Below are positions 19,770-28,902 of a DNA stretch of 50,955 nt, piece by piece; the stretch's first letter is position 1; each line of letters opens with the position of its first letter. Under the pieces are notes generated by a model. The model saw nothing but the letters and a program-made list of their open reading frames with translations, was not told where the DNA came from and searched no databases. The position numbers and the translations under genes are program-made. The stretch comes from Polyangiaceae bacterium (GTDB lineage Bacteria; Myxococcota_A; Polyangia; Polyangiales; Polyangiaceae), in NCBI GenBank assembly GCA_036560665.1, contig DATBQU010000343.1:1-50955 (forward strand), given 5' to 3'.

Positions 19770-20363
19770 ATGCCCGCCATGAGCAAGCGGGCGATGACGA
19801 TGGCGGCCGCCGTGGCGCTCGTCGCGTGCGGGGGTGGTGCGAAGCAGGCCGACTCACCGGGGACGTGCCCGGAGGGGACGGTGCTCAAGGGCGAGGACTG
19901 CGTCCCGCCGGGGTCGAGCGACGACTCGACGTCGCCCCCGCCCAAGCACGACGACGACGGGGACAAGCCGTCTTCCTCGGGCGGGAGCACGAGCAGCGGC
20001 GGCGGCAGCGGAGGCGGCGGCAGCAGCGGAGGGGACACGCCGCCGGCGACCGACAAGACGCCGTACGACAAGGACGCGGTGGAGATGCAGCTCAAGCGCG
20101 CCGCGCGCCAGGTCAAGGCCAACTGCGGCTCGGCCACCGACGAGGAGGGCAAGGCCACGGGCCCCTGGGGGACCACCAAGGCCAGCGTCGTCATCGGGCG
20201 CAACGGCCACATCAAGCAGGTGACGGTGCCCTCGCCCTACGACGGCAAGCCGGTCGGCGCCTGCGTGGTGCACGCCTTCCAGCGGATCCAGTTCCCGCCC
20301 TACGGGGGATCGACCGACGTCGTCATCGACTGGGACATCGAGATCGTCCAGCCCAAGCACTAG
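19770..20363 (+). CDS. Lipoprotein with a Gly/Ser linker and a two-Cys AgmX/PglI-tail-like C-terminal domain
   Basis: Signal peptide and lipobox MTMAAAVALVAC. The C-terminal domain (NCGSAT...VGACVVHAF) resembles the kinase C-terminal domains. Confidence 0.8.
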   Translation: MPAMSKRAMTMAAAVALVACGGGAKQADSPGTCPEGTVLKGEDCVPPGSSDDSTSPPPKHDDDGDKPSSSGGSTSSGGGSGGGGSSGGDTPPATDKTPYDKDAVEMQLKRAARQVKANCGSATDEEGKATGPWGTTKASVVIGRNGHIKQVTVPSPYDGKPVGACVVHAFQRIQFPPYGGSTDVVIDWDIEIVQPKH

Positions 20364-20387
20364 CCCCGGGCTGATACGCTCGGCGGG

Positions 20388-21794
20388 ATGCCCTTCGACT
20401 ACGACCTGGTCGTCATCGGGGTGGGCCCGGCGGGAGAGAAGGGCGCCGCGCAGGCGGCGTACTACGGCAAGCGCGTCGCGTGCATCGAGCGCGCGGAGGC
20501 GCCGGGCGGCGCCGCCGTCCACACCGGGACGCTCCCCAGCAAGACGCTGCGCGAGACCGCCCTCTTCCTGTCGGGGTTCCGGCAGCGCGAGCTCTACGGG
20601 CTGAGCGTCGACCTCGACCCCCAGGTGGCTGTCCCCCGGCTGCTCTCGCGCAAGAACGCGGTGCGCGAGCTCGAGGTGGCGCGCATCCTGTGGAACCTCG
20701 AGCGCCACCGGGTCCCGCTGCTGCGGGGCGTCGCCCGCTTCGTCGACCCCCACACCGTCGAGCTGACCGGCTCGGGCGGCGCCCCGCGACGCGTCACCAG
20801 CGAAGTGTTCCTGGTGGCGACCGGCTCGCGCCCGCACCACCCCCCCGACATCCCCTTCGACGACGAGGACGTGGACGACTCGGACACCATCCTCCAGATC
20901 GACCGGCTCCCGAAGACGATGCTCGTCGTGGGCGGAGGCGTGATCGGGTGCGAGTACGCCTCGATGTTCGCCGCCATGCGCGTCAAGGTCACCCTGGTGG
21001 AGGGGCGCCCGCGGCTGCTCCAGTTCCTCGACACCGAGATCGCCGAGCGCCTGCGGGGCGCGATGCAGTCGCTGGGCGTCGAGTTTCACCTGGGGCAGAC
21101 CACCCGGACCATCCGGCGCGTGGAGGGGCGCGGCATCGTCACCACGCTGTCGAGCGGACTGGAGATCGCCGCGGAGAAGGTGCTGGCGTCGAGCGGCCGC
21201 TCCGGCTGGACGGACGGGATGGGCCTGGAGGCGGTGGGCGTGCAGGTCGACAAGCGCGGGACCATCCAGGTCGACGGCGACTACCGCACCGCAGCGCCCA
21301 GCATCTACGCCGCCGGCGACGTCATCGGCTTCCCCGCGCTGGCCTCGACGTCGATGGAGCAGGCCCGCGTCGCGGTGTGCCACGCCTTCGGCTTCACCTA
21401 CAAGCGGCAGGTCTCGACGCTCCTGCCCTTCGGCATCTACACCATCCCCGAGGTGAGCTGCATCGGCCTGTCCGAGGAGCAAGCCCGGGAGAAGGGGGTC
21501 GACGCCGTGGTGGGCCGCGCGTTCTACCGGGACAACGCGCGCGGCAAGATCGTGGGCGACAAGGACGGCGTCATCAAGCTGGTGGTCGAGCGCGCCACGA
21601 GGAAGCTCGTCGGCTGCCACTGCATCGGCGAACGCTCGTCCGAGCTCGTGCACATCGGGCAGGCCATCATGCTCGGCGGCGGGACCATCGACGCCTTCAT
21701 CGAGATGGTCTTCAACTATCCGACGCTGTCGGAGATGTTCAAGTACGCCGCCTACGACGCGCTGGGGGCCATCGCACGAGGGGCGCCGCCGTGA
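20388..21794 (+). CDS. sthA: Soluble pyridine nucleotide transhydrogenase-like flavoprotein (SthA/Lpd family lacking the redox disulfide)
   Basis: FAD motif VVIGVGPAGEKGA, then GGAAVHTGTLPSKTLRE where the Lpd CxxxxC is absent, NAD motif VVGGGVIGCEYA and a dimerisation domain. Confidence 0.8.
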   Translation: MPFDYDLVVIGVGPAGEKGAAQAAYYGKRVACIERAEAPGGAAVHTGTLPSKTLRETALFLSGFRQRELYGLSVDLDPQVAVPRLLSRKNAVRELEVARILWNLERHRVPLLRGVARFVDPHTVELTGSGGAPRRVTSEVFLVATGSRPHHPPDIPFDDEDVDDSDTILQIDRLPKTMLVVGGGVIGCEYASMFAAMRVKVTLVEGRPRLLQFLDTEIAERLRGAMQSLGVEFHLGQTTRTIRRVEGRGIVTTLSSGLEIAAEKVLASSGRSGWTDGMGLEAVGVQVDKRGTIQVDGDYRTAAPSIYAAGDVIGFPALASTSMEQARVAVCHAFGFTYKRQVSTLLPFGIYTIPEVSCIGLSEEQAREKGVDAVVGRAFYRDNARGKIVGDKDGVIKLVVERATRKLVGCHCIGERSSELVHIGQAIMLGGGTIDAFIEMVFNYPTLSEMFKYAAYDALGAIARGAPP

Positions 21795-22507
21795 AGCCTG
21801 CTCGCCCCGCGCTGGCGATGGTCCTGTGCGCCTGCGGAGGCACATCGGCGCATGCCCCCACCCGCGACCTCGCCCCCGAGTTGCCGCCACCGCTCGCGTC
21901 GCTCGAGCAACGGCTGCTGTCGGCGCACAGCTTCCACATCCGCGCCCGCCTCGCCTCGGGCGGCCGCATCGAGAGCCACTTCGAGGGGACGCTCGTCGCC
22001 GGCGAGGGGCAGCGCATGCACCTCGCCCTGGAGGGCTCCTTCGGGGGGCGCGACGCCAGCGCGCAGCTCGTGTGCGACGGCTCGAAGATGCGCGGAGGAA
22101 GTCGCGAGCAGCCCTTCACCTTCGATGCACCGCCCGCGCTGCGCGAGGGCGTCGTGGTCGGCTTCGTGCGCATGGGTCTGCTCCACAACGTGGCCGGCCT
22201 CGCCAACGGCAAGCCGCCCGATCACGTCGACGGCAAGGCCAGGCTGTGGCTCGACGTCGTCGGCGCCGACCACGGGCCGGGAGAGACGGTCCGGGGCGCG
22301 GCCACGGAGCGGTGGACGTGGGCGCTCTACGCCGACCACAAGCGGGCGGCCGACGAGACGCTGTGGCTGGACGCGCAGACCGGGCTTCCCCTCCGCCGCC
22401 GGGTGACCGTCCACTTCGCCGAGGGCGACATGGACGTCGGCGAGGAATACGACGAGTTCGCCATCGACGAGCCCGAGGACGACGAGACGTTCCGCGTCGT
22501 GGAGTGA
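21791..22507 (+). CDS. Hypothetical lipoprotein
   Basis: GTGA start/stop overlap with the upstream gene. N-terminus VKPARPALAMVLCACGG is a lipobox-like signal. Acidic C-terminus. Confidence 0.65.
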   Translation: MKPARPALAMVLCACGGTSAHAPTRDLAPELPPPLASLEQRLLSAHSFHIRARLASGGRIESHFEGTLVAGEGQRMHLALEGSFGGRDASAQLVCDGSKMRGGSREQPFTFDAPPALREGVVVGFVRMGLLHNVAGLANGKPPDHVDGKARLWLDVVGADHGPGETVRGAATERWTWALYADHKRAADETLWLDAQTGLPLRRRVTVHFAEGDMDVGEEYDEFAIDEPEDDETFRVVE

Positions 22508-22519
22508 GCCGGCGGAGGG

Positions 22520-24454
22520 CTACGTCCCGATCCCCTCGTCGATGCGCCGCATCCCTTCCAGCAGGAGCGCCTCGGCCGAGTTGTGGATCACGCGGCCGGT
22601 CGGCTTGAAGGCCGGGTCGAGGCCGAACTCGCCCTCCTGGAGCTTGAGCATCGCGTAGAAGGCGTCCTCGCCGCGCATCTCGCCCCACAGGGCGTTGACC
22701 ACGTTGCCCTCCGCGAAGTGGATCTCGCCCGAGCCCTCGCGCGCGCGGATCCTCAGGTTGCCCGATTTGCGGGCGTGGAAGAGGACCTGCACCATGTCCG
22801 GCAACCCCATCTCGCTCAGCGAACCGCTCACGCCGCGCGACGATCGGGCGCTGGCGCGCTGATCGAGCATGGCCTTGAGCTTGGCCACCAGCACGTCGGC
22901 GTTGGCGGGCTTGTTCACGAAGTCGAGCACGCCGAGCTCGAACGCCTTCTGCGCCACCGCGCGCTCCTGCCGGCGCGTGTAGACCACCCAGGGCAGGTCC
23001 TTGCCCCAGGTGGTCTTGCGCACCTCGGCGAGGAGCGCGAGACCGTCGTTGGGGCCCAGGTCGATCTCGCCGACGACGAGGTCCGTCTCCCCCTGCGCCA
23101 GCACCTTCAGCGCCTGCTCGGCGCTGCGCACCGTCTTCACCACGAACCCCTGCTCGATCATCCTGAGCTCCAGCACCGTCGTTTCCTCGGGATCGACGTC
23201 GACCAGCAGCGCCGCCGAGCGGTTGGCGAGCAGGCGCGCTTTGACGTCCTCGCCCAGCACGGTGTGGTGGAAGAGGTCGACCAGGTTGGGGTCGAAGATG
23301 GTCGCCTTGTGCTTGGTGAGCGCGTTGCACGCCTCCTGCGGCCCCAGCGCCTTGCGGAACGGGTTGCGCGGGTTCTGCGTGAGGTCGGCGTAGGTGTCGC
23401 AGATGGCGAGCACGCGCGCCGGCAGCGGGATGTCCTTGCCGCTCGTGCCCGACGGGAATCCCTTGCCGTCGTACCGCTCGTACATGTGCTCGACGGCCTG
23501 CACCGTCTCCGGCTGCAGACGCACCGGCTCGAGCAGCCGCGTCGGCACGCCGTAGACCTTCTGCGCCGCCGACTTGTGGCCGTCGTACTCGCTGCAGTTG
23601 AGGGTGGTCAGGTGGTACTGGCCCATCTTGCCGAGGTCGTGCACGTAGGCGGCGGCCACCAGGGCGGTGGTGTTGCCCGCGTCGAGGCCCATCTTCTCGG
23701 CCATCCGGCGGCAGAGGCGCGCCACCTGGGCCGAGTGACCGCGCAGATCGGCGCGCGAGCTCTCCAGCAGGCTGACCAGCACGTTGAGCAGCTCGATGAA
23801 CGACGCGCTCGAGGCCGCGGCGGTGGTGGCGGCCGTGGCCGTGGAGCCGTGGGCCAGCTCCTTCTCGCTGAGCACGCGCTCGCGCGTCCGCGTCTTGGCC
23901 TCGCCGCGGGCGTGCGACGTGGTCATCGCGTCGTCGGAGACCAGGTTGCGCTCGTAGACGTCGAGCATGGCGTGGAACTGCATGTGCGCCTGCCGGTCGA
24001 GCAGGGCGAAGGCGTGGATGTCCCCCAGGTACGCCTTGCCGATGAGCGCCTTGACCGCGGCCGGACGCGCCAGGATGGGCCGCACCTCGCGCGCGCCGGA
24101 GGCGAGCTGCACCTCGCGCAGCGCCTCCACCTCGTCGGGATCGGCGGTGACCACGCTGAGCGCGTGCGTCTTGGCGTCGAACAGCACGGGGCAGACGCCG
24201 ACCTTCTCCGCGAAGCGCTGCGGGATCATGTCGAGCAGCGCGCGCGCCACGTCGGCCCGGGCCAGCTTCTCCGAGGAGATGAAGTTGACCTGGTACTGCG
24301 TGGCCAGGCTCTTGAGCATGTCCGCCTCGGCCACGAAGCCGAGGGCGAGGATGGCCTCCTCGACGCGGTCGCCCGAGGACTGGATTTGCCCGAAGACGGC
24401 CTCGATCTGCTCGGCCTTGAGCAGCTTGTCGCGCAGGAGGACGTCGCAGACCAT
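22520..24454 (-). CDS. Multidomain signalling protein: MshEN (T2SSE_N)-like, HD-GYP, receiver-like and DUF4388 domains
   Basis: N-terminus RVEEAILALGFVAEADMLKSLATQ fits the MshEN 24-residue motif. HD-GYP is supported by AAYVHDLGK and HMYERYDGKGFP. Receiver-like segment is LLVDVDPEE...DLVVGEIDLGPNDG...VNKP. DUF4388 segment is LSEMGLPDMVQVLFHARKSGNLRI...GEIHFAEGNVV. The ORF extends to 24499, but ATG 24454 coincides with the domain start. Confidence 0.85.
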   Translation of the reverse strand: MVCDVLLRDKLLKAEQIEAVFGQIQSSGDRVEEAILALGFVAEADMLKSLATQYQVNFISSEKLARADVARALLDMIPQRFAEKVGVCPVLFDAKTHALSVVTADPDEVEALREVQLASGAREVRPILARPAAVKALIGKAYLGDIHAFALLDRQAHMQFHAMLDVYERNLVSDDAMTTSHARGEAKTRTRERVLSEKELAHGSTATAATTAAASSASFIELLNVLVSLLESSRADLRGHSAQVARLCRRMAEKMGLDAGNTTALVAAAYVHDLGKMGQYHLTTLNCSEYDGHKSAAQKVYGVPTRLLEPVRLQPETVQAVEHMYERYDGKGFPSGTSGKDIPLPARVLAICDTYADLTQNPRNPFRKALGPQEACNALTKHKATIFDPNLVDLFHHTVLGEDVKARLLANRSAALLVDVDPEETTVLELRMIEQGFVVKTVRSAEQALKVLAQGETDLVVGEIDLGPNDGLALLAEVRKTTWGKDLPWVVYTRRQERAVAQKAFELGVLDFVNKPANADVLVAKLKAMLDQRASARSSRGVSGSLSEMGLPDMVQVLFHARKSGNLRIRAREGSGEIHFAEGNVVNALWGEMRGEDAFYAMLKLQEGEFGLDPAFKPTGRVIHNSAEALLLEGMRRIDEGIGT

Positions 24455-24515
24455 CCTGGTCCTAGGGGAGCCTGCGGCGGGGGGACGGACGGTCGGCACG
24501 TACGGGGACCAGGAT
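24453..24515 (-). promoter_or_regulatory. Inverted repeat spanning the udk to HD-GYP intergenic leader and covering the start codon
   Basis: The 10-bp arms ATCCTGGTCC (24453-24462) and GGACCAGGAT (24506-24515) are complementary. On the mRNA the downstream arm contains AGGACCAGGATG, which is an SD-like sequence plus the AT of the ATG. Confidence 0.3.
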
Positions 24516-24519
24516 TCTA

Positions 24520-25134
24520 TCAGATGCGTCCGCGCACGACGCCGAGGAGGAGCTCGAGCGCGACGCGGTTCTGTCCGCCCTCGGGCACGATCACGTCGGC
24601 GAAGCGCTTGCTCGGCTCGACGAACGCGAGGTGCATGGGGCGCACCGTCTCGTAGTACTGCTTGCGGATCTGCGCGAACGTCCGGCCGCGGTGCTCGAGG
24701 TCGCGCCGGACGCGGCGCATGAGGCGGATGTCGGCGTCGGTGTCGACGTACACCTTGGCGTCGAACCGCGCGCGCAGCCGCTCGTCGGCCAGCACCAGGA
24801 TGCCCTCGACGATGACCACGGGAGCCGGCGCGATCTGCAACCCTTCGGGCGCGCGATCGTGCACGGCGAAGTCGTAGGTGGGGCGGACGATGGCCTGGTT
24901 GGCCCGCAGGGCGTCGAGGTGCTCGATGAGCAGATCGAGCTCGAGGGCGTCGGGGTGGTCGTAGTTGACGCGCTCGCGATCCTCGAGCGGGCGGTGGGGC
25001 TGCGCGCGGTAGTAGTGGTCCTGCTCGATGAGGATGCCCACGCCGCGCGGCAGCGCCTCGAGCACCGCGCGCGAGATGGTGCTCTTGCCGGAGCCCGAGC
25101 CGCCGGCGATCCCGAGGACGAAGGGCGGGTTCAT
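24520..25134 (-). CDS. udk: Uridine kinase
   Basis: P-loop GIAGGSGSGKST, then QDHYY, NYDHPDA and VIVEGILVL, the typical Udk pattern. ATGA overlap with the upstream gene. Confidence 0.9.
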   Translation of the reverse strand: MNPPFVLGIAGGSGSGKSTISRAVLEALPRGVGILIEQDHYYRAQPHRPLEDRERVNYDHPDALELDLLIEHLDALRANQAIVRPTYDFAVHDRAPEGLQIAPAPVVIVEGILVLADERLRARFDAKVYVDTDADIRLMRRVRRDLEHRGRTFAQIRKQYYETVRPMHLAFVEPSKRFADVIVPEGGQNRVALELLLGVVRGRI

Positions 25135-26177
25135 GGATGGAGCACGCCCTCGAGGCGCTCGGGGTCGACGTTGCGGCCGGTGAGGACCACCACCAGGTCG
25201 CCGCCCCGCACGGGCTCCGGCAGGCCGAAGAGCACCGGGGCCAGGGCCGCGGCGGCGCTGCCCTCGAGCACCAGCCCCATGTCGCGGTAGGCGTGGGCCA
25301 TGGCCGCGGCGATGTGCGCCTCGGTGATCAGCACCACCCCCGCCACCGCCTCGCGCGCGCGCGCGAAGCCGTCGATCGAGATCCCGCCCTCCAGCCCTTC
25401 GGCGATGGTCTTGCCGCCCGTCTCCAGGCGCTCCACCGCCGCGCCCTGCTCGAGCGACATCGCCATGGCGCACGACGCCTCGCTCTGCACGCCCCACACG
25501 ACGCGCTCCGCCGGCCCGTCCGTCTCCGCCGCCATGGCCCAGGCCAGGCCCGTCGCCAGCCCACCGCCGCCGAAGGGAGCGAGGACGCGCTCGGGCACGC
25601 CTCCCAGGGCGCGCACGATCTCGAAGCCGAGCGAGGTGCCGTTGCCGAGCACCACCAGCTCGTCGTCGTAGGGCGAGACGAACGCCGCCCCCCCGGTCAT
25701 CGCCAGCTCCTTGGCCAGCGCCTCGGCGTCGTCGTAGTGGTCGGTCGCGGCGACCACGAGCTCCGCGCCGTAGCGCTCGATCTTCTCGCGCTTCGCCCGC
25801 GGGGCGCTGCGCGGGACGCACACCGTCGAGGGGACGTCGAGCACGCTGCCCGCGTAGGCCACCGCCGCGCCATGGTTGCCCGCGCTCGCCGCTACCACCC
25901 TGCCCCGCGACCGCTGGGCGTCGAGGGCGACGAGCGCCCCGCGCACCTTGAAGCTCCCGGTCACCTGGAGCGCCTCGAGCGCGAGCCAGACGCGCGTGGC
26001 GCCGCTGGGGTCCGCGCGAACGTCGAGCTCGGACGCCCTCAGGACCGGGACCTCGCGCAGGCGTGCGTCCGGAAAGCGGCGGCCCAGGTGGCGCACCGCA
26101 TCGAGCGCCTTGGCGTCCGGCAGGGGACCCACCGGGCGGCGGGAGCCCCGGACGGCCGGCGCGACGACGCAACGCAT
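25131..26177 (-). CDS. PLP-dependent threonine/serine dehydratase family enzyme
   Basis: PLP lysine motif TGSFKVRGA, then ASAGNHGAAVAYAG and the glycine loop PFGGGGLATG. ATG 26177 is preferred over GTG 26198. Confidence 0.8.
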   Translation of the reverse strand: MRCVVAPAVRGSRRPVGPLPDAKALDAVRHLGRRFPDARLREVPVLRASELDVRADPSGATRVWLALEALQVTGSFKVRGALVALDAQRSRGRVVAASAGNHGAAVAYAGSVLDVPSTVCVPRSAPRAKREKIERYGAELVVAATDHYDDAEALAKELAMTGGAAFVSPYDDELVVLGNGTSLGFEIVRALGGVPERVLAPFGGGGLATGLAWAMAAETDGPAERVVWGVQSEASCAMAMSLEQGAAVERLETGGKTIAEGLEGGISIDGFARAREAVAGVVLITEAHIAAAMAHAYRDMGLVLEGSAAAALAPVLFGLPEPVRGGDLVVVLTGRNVDPERLEGVLHP

Positions 26178-26225
26178 GCCTGGAGCTACGGACGACACGG
26201 TCCGCCAGGTTAGCGGCTCCGGCCG

Positions 26226-26987
26226 CTATCTGGCCGCCGCCAGCCAGCGGAGGGGGCGCCGATAGTTGGTGATCATCCGGTCGGCCGGGACCTCGTGGCC
26301 GAGGCCGGGGACGATCTTCACTCGCACCCGGATGTGCGCGTCCTTGAGCATTTCGCCCGCGCGCTTGGTGTTCTCCGCCACCTGGTCGTTCTCCCCGGTG
26401 AAGAGGTACACGCGGCGGATCTTGGCGCGGTTGGCCTCGAGGAGCTGGGGAGCGTCGCCCCACCAGTACTTGTCGTTGGCCGCCAGGATGAGCCACTTGT
26501 TCCAGTGCGACGGATCGCGCAAGCCGACCTGCTGCGCGATGTAGGCGCCCTCGCTGAAGCCGATGAGGATGTCCCCGCGCGTGCGGACTCGCCCCTTGTA
26601 CTTGTCCTTGAGCGCCGCCACCGTCGCGTCGATGACGTGCTTGGCGCTGTCGGCGTCGTTGTTCCAGGTCCGGCCGCCGCTGTCGGTGCCGCCCTGCCCC
26701 TGCGGGCAGACCACCCAGCCGAACCGGCGGGCGACGCGGGCCCACTTGCGGCAGTCCTCGAAGGCGTTGCCCCCGCGGCCGTGCAGGTACATGAGGATCG
26801 GCCGCGACGCCTTGCTACGCGGCTTGTAGTAGTACGCGTCCGGCTGGCCCGGGACCTCGAGGGTCATCGGATCGGGCGTGCTGGTGTCCTCCTTCGCCTC
26901 GGCGCGGCGGGCTCCCAGGAGGAGCACGCCGAGCGTCGCGACTGCGAGCACCAGGGCGAGGCGGATGCGGCGGGGCACGAGGGGCAT
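26226..26987 (-). CDS. Secreted alpha/beta hydrolase (carboxylesterase/phospholipase-like)
   Basis: Signal peptide MPLVPRRIRLALVLAVATLGVLLLGARRAEA, LMYLHGRGG, nucleophile elbow GFSEGA and a GLGHEV histidine region. Confidence 0.75.
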   Translation of the reverse strand: MPLVPRRIRLALVLAVATLGVLLLGARRAEAKEDTSTPDPMTLEVPGQPDAYYYKPRSKASRPILMYLHGRGGNAFEDCRKWARVARRFGWVVCPQGQGGTDSGGRTWNNDADSAKHVIDATVAALKDKYKGRVRTRGDILIGFSEGAYIAQQVGLRDPSHWNKWLILAANDKYWWGDAPQLLEANRAKIRRVYLFTGENDQVAENTKRAGEMLKDAHIRVRVKIVPGLGHEVPADRMITNYRRPLRWLAAAR

Positions 26988-27141
26988 CCATTATTGCATG
27001 GAGGGCCGCTCGGCAAGCCGCCGGCGTGAAAAGCCGATCACGGTGGCCGCCCCGGCCAGCAGGAGCGGAAGCCCACCGGGGCGGCCACAGTCGCGGATCA
27101 TCTCGAGCATGGGGCTCGATGCTACCCTCCGCCCGTTCCCG

Positions 27142-28041
27142 ATGCGCCCCCTCGTCTATGCCACGCGCCGGTCGATGCTGGCGCTCGCCCAGTGCAGGGC
27201 CTTCGTGGCGCGGCTATGCCGGGCGGTGCCCGCGCTCGAGACGCGCGAGCTCCAGGTGGTGACGAGCGGGGACCGCATCCAGGACCGGCCGCTGGCCGAC
27301 ATCGGCGGCAAGGGACTCTTCGTCAAGGAGATCGAGGAGGCGCTGCTCGACGGGCGGGCCGACTTCGCCGTGCACTCCATCAAGGACGTCCCGGGGACGC
27401 TGCCGGCGGGGCTGGTGCTCGCGTGCATCCCGCGGCGGGAGGACCCGCGCGACGTCCTCGTCGCCCCCCGCTACCGCACGCTCGACGCGCTGCCGCAGGG
27501 GGCGCGCGTGGGCACCTCGAGCCTGCGGCGGCTGGTGTCGCTGAAGGCGAAGCGCCCGGACCTCGACGTCGTCCCGCTGCGGGGCAACGTCGACACCCGG
27601 CTGCGCAAGGTCGACGCCGGCGATTGCGACGCCATCGTGCTGGCGCGGGCCGGCCTGGTGCGGCTTGGTCTGGAGGACCGGGCGACGGAGGTGCTCGCCG
27701 TCGACCTGTCGCTGCCGGCGGTGGGCCAGGGAGCCCTCGGCATCGAGTGCCGGGAGGACGACGCCGAGACCCGCGCCGTCCTGGGCCCGCTGCACGACGC
27801 CGACACGGCCACCTGCGTGGCCGCAGAGCGAGGAGTCCTCGTCGCCCTCGGCGGCGACTGCAAGACCCCCCTCGGCGCCTACGCCGAGCGCGACGGGGCC
27901 ACCCTTCGCCTGCGGGCCTTCGTCGCCGAGCCCGACGCCACCCGCATCGAGACCGGCGAGCGGACCGCCCCCTGGCCCGCCAGCGAGGCCGCGGCCCACG
28001 AGATGGGCCTCTCCATGGGCCGCTCGCTCGTCCCCCGATAG
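27142..28041 (+). CDS. hemC: Hydroxymethylbilane synthase (porphobilinogen deaminase)
   Basis: ATRRSMLALAQ, TSGDRIQDRPLADIGGKGLFVKEIE, AVHSIKDVP, GTSSLRR, LRGNVDTRL and GQGALGIE, with the cofactor Cys in GGDCKTPLGA. An alternative start is ATG 27109. Confidence 0.9.
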   Translation: MRPLVYATRRSMLALAQCRAFVARLCRAVPALETRELQVVTSGDRIQDRPLADIGGKGLFVKEIEEALLDGRADFAVHSIKDVPGTLPAGLVLACIPRREDPRDVLVAPRYRTLDALPQGARVGTSSLRRLVSLKAKRPDLDVVPLRGNVDTRLRKVDAGDCDAIVLARAGLVRLGLEDRATEVLAVDLSLPAVGQGALGIECREDDAETRAVLGPLHDADTATCVAAERGVLVALGGDCKTPLGAYAERDGATLRLRAFVAEPDATRIETGERTAPWPASEAAAHEMGLSMGRSLVPR

Positions 28042-28088
28042 CCCCCATTTCGCAACAAATGCCGCACCAGCGGGGGCCCCGGATTACG

Positions 28089-28898
28089 ATGGGCTCGATG
28101 GGACTCGAGTCGGAGTGCACGGTCCGAGTCGGCCGGAAGACGTCCGAGGGACGGGCGCTGCTCGAGGGTGAGACGCTGATCTTCCGGGGGGAATTCAGCC
28201 TCACCATCCCCTTCGACTCCATGCGAGACCTCGCCGTCGACGGCGACGCGCTGGTGGTCAAGACCGCGGACCAGGAGGCGCGCTTCGAGCTCGGCCCCGT
28301 CGTCGCCGAGCGCTGGATGCGACTCATCAAGGAGCCCAAGGGCCTGTTCGAGAAGCTCGAGGTGGGCCTGCTGTCGCGCGTGGCGGTGGTGGACGTGCGC
28401 GACACGCTGTTCATGACGGCGCTGCGCGAGCGCACGGCGAGCGTCGCCGAGGGGCGCGTGCCGGACGGCGCGGCCCTCATCTTCTTCGGCGCGGAGAGCC
28501 GCGACGCCCTGCGCCGGATCCCGCTCCTGCGGGCGCGCATGATGGACAACGGCATCCTGTGGATCGTGCGCCCCAAGGGCAGCAAGGCGATCACCGAGCA
28601 GGACGTCTACGACGTGGCCAAGGCGTCCGGCCTGGTCGACACCAAGGTGGTGGCCTTCTCGAAGACGCACACGGCGCACAAGTGCGTCATCCCCGTCGAG
28701 ATGCGCGGCCAGCCCATCCGGCCGAGGCCGCCCGTGCTGACCATCCCGCCGTCGGCGCCCGCGATGCAGCCGAAGAAGGGCGCGGCCAGGCCGGCGGCCA
28801 AGCCGTCGAAGTCCGCCGCGAAGGCCAAGCCGGTGGCCCGCAAGGCGGCCAAGAAGCCGAGCGCGGGCAAGCCCAAGGCGAAGGCGGGCAAGAAGTAG
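28089..28898 (+). CDS. DUF3052-like protein with a Lys/Ala/Pro-rich histone H1-like C-terminal tail
   Basis: Core segment GILWIVRPKGSKAITEQDVYDVAKASGLVDTKVVAFS. Tail is KKGAARPAAKPSKSAAKAKPVARKAAKKPSAGKPKAKAGKK. Confidence 0.75.
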   Translation: MGSMGLESECTVRVGRKTSEGRALLEGETLIFRGEFSLTIPFDSMRDLAVDGDALVVKTADQEARFELGPVVAERWMRLIKEPKGLFEKLEVGLLSRVAVVDVRDTLFMTALRERTASVAEGRVPDGAALIFFGAESRDALRRIPLLRARMMDNGILWIVRPKGSKAITEQDVYDVAKASGLVDTKVVAFSKTHTAHKCVIPVEMRGQPIRPRPPVLTIPPSAPAMQPKKGAARPAAKPSKSAAKAKPVARKAAKKPSAGKPKAKAGKK

Positions 28899-28902
28899 CC
28901 CT

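Noticed and set aside
24455-24499. N-terminal extension of the HD-GYP protein (MPTVRPPAAGSPRTR)
   Set aside because: The extension is low complexity, uses AGG twice and precedes the recognisable domain start. It remains possible and is noted in the feature evidence.
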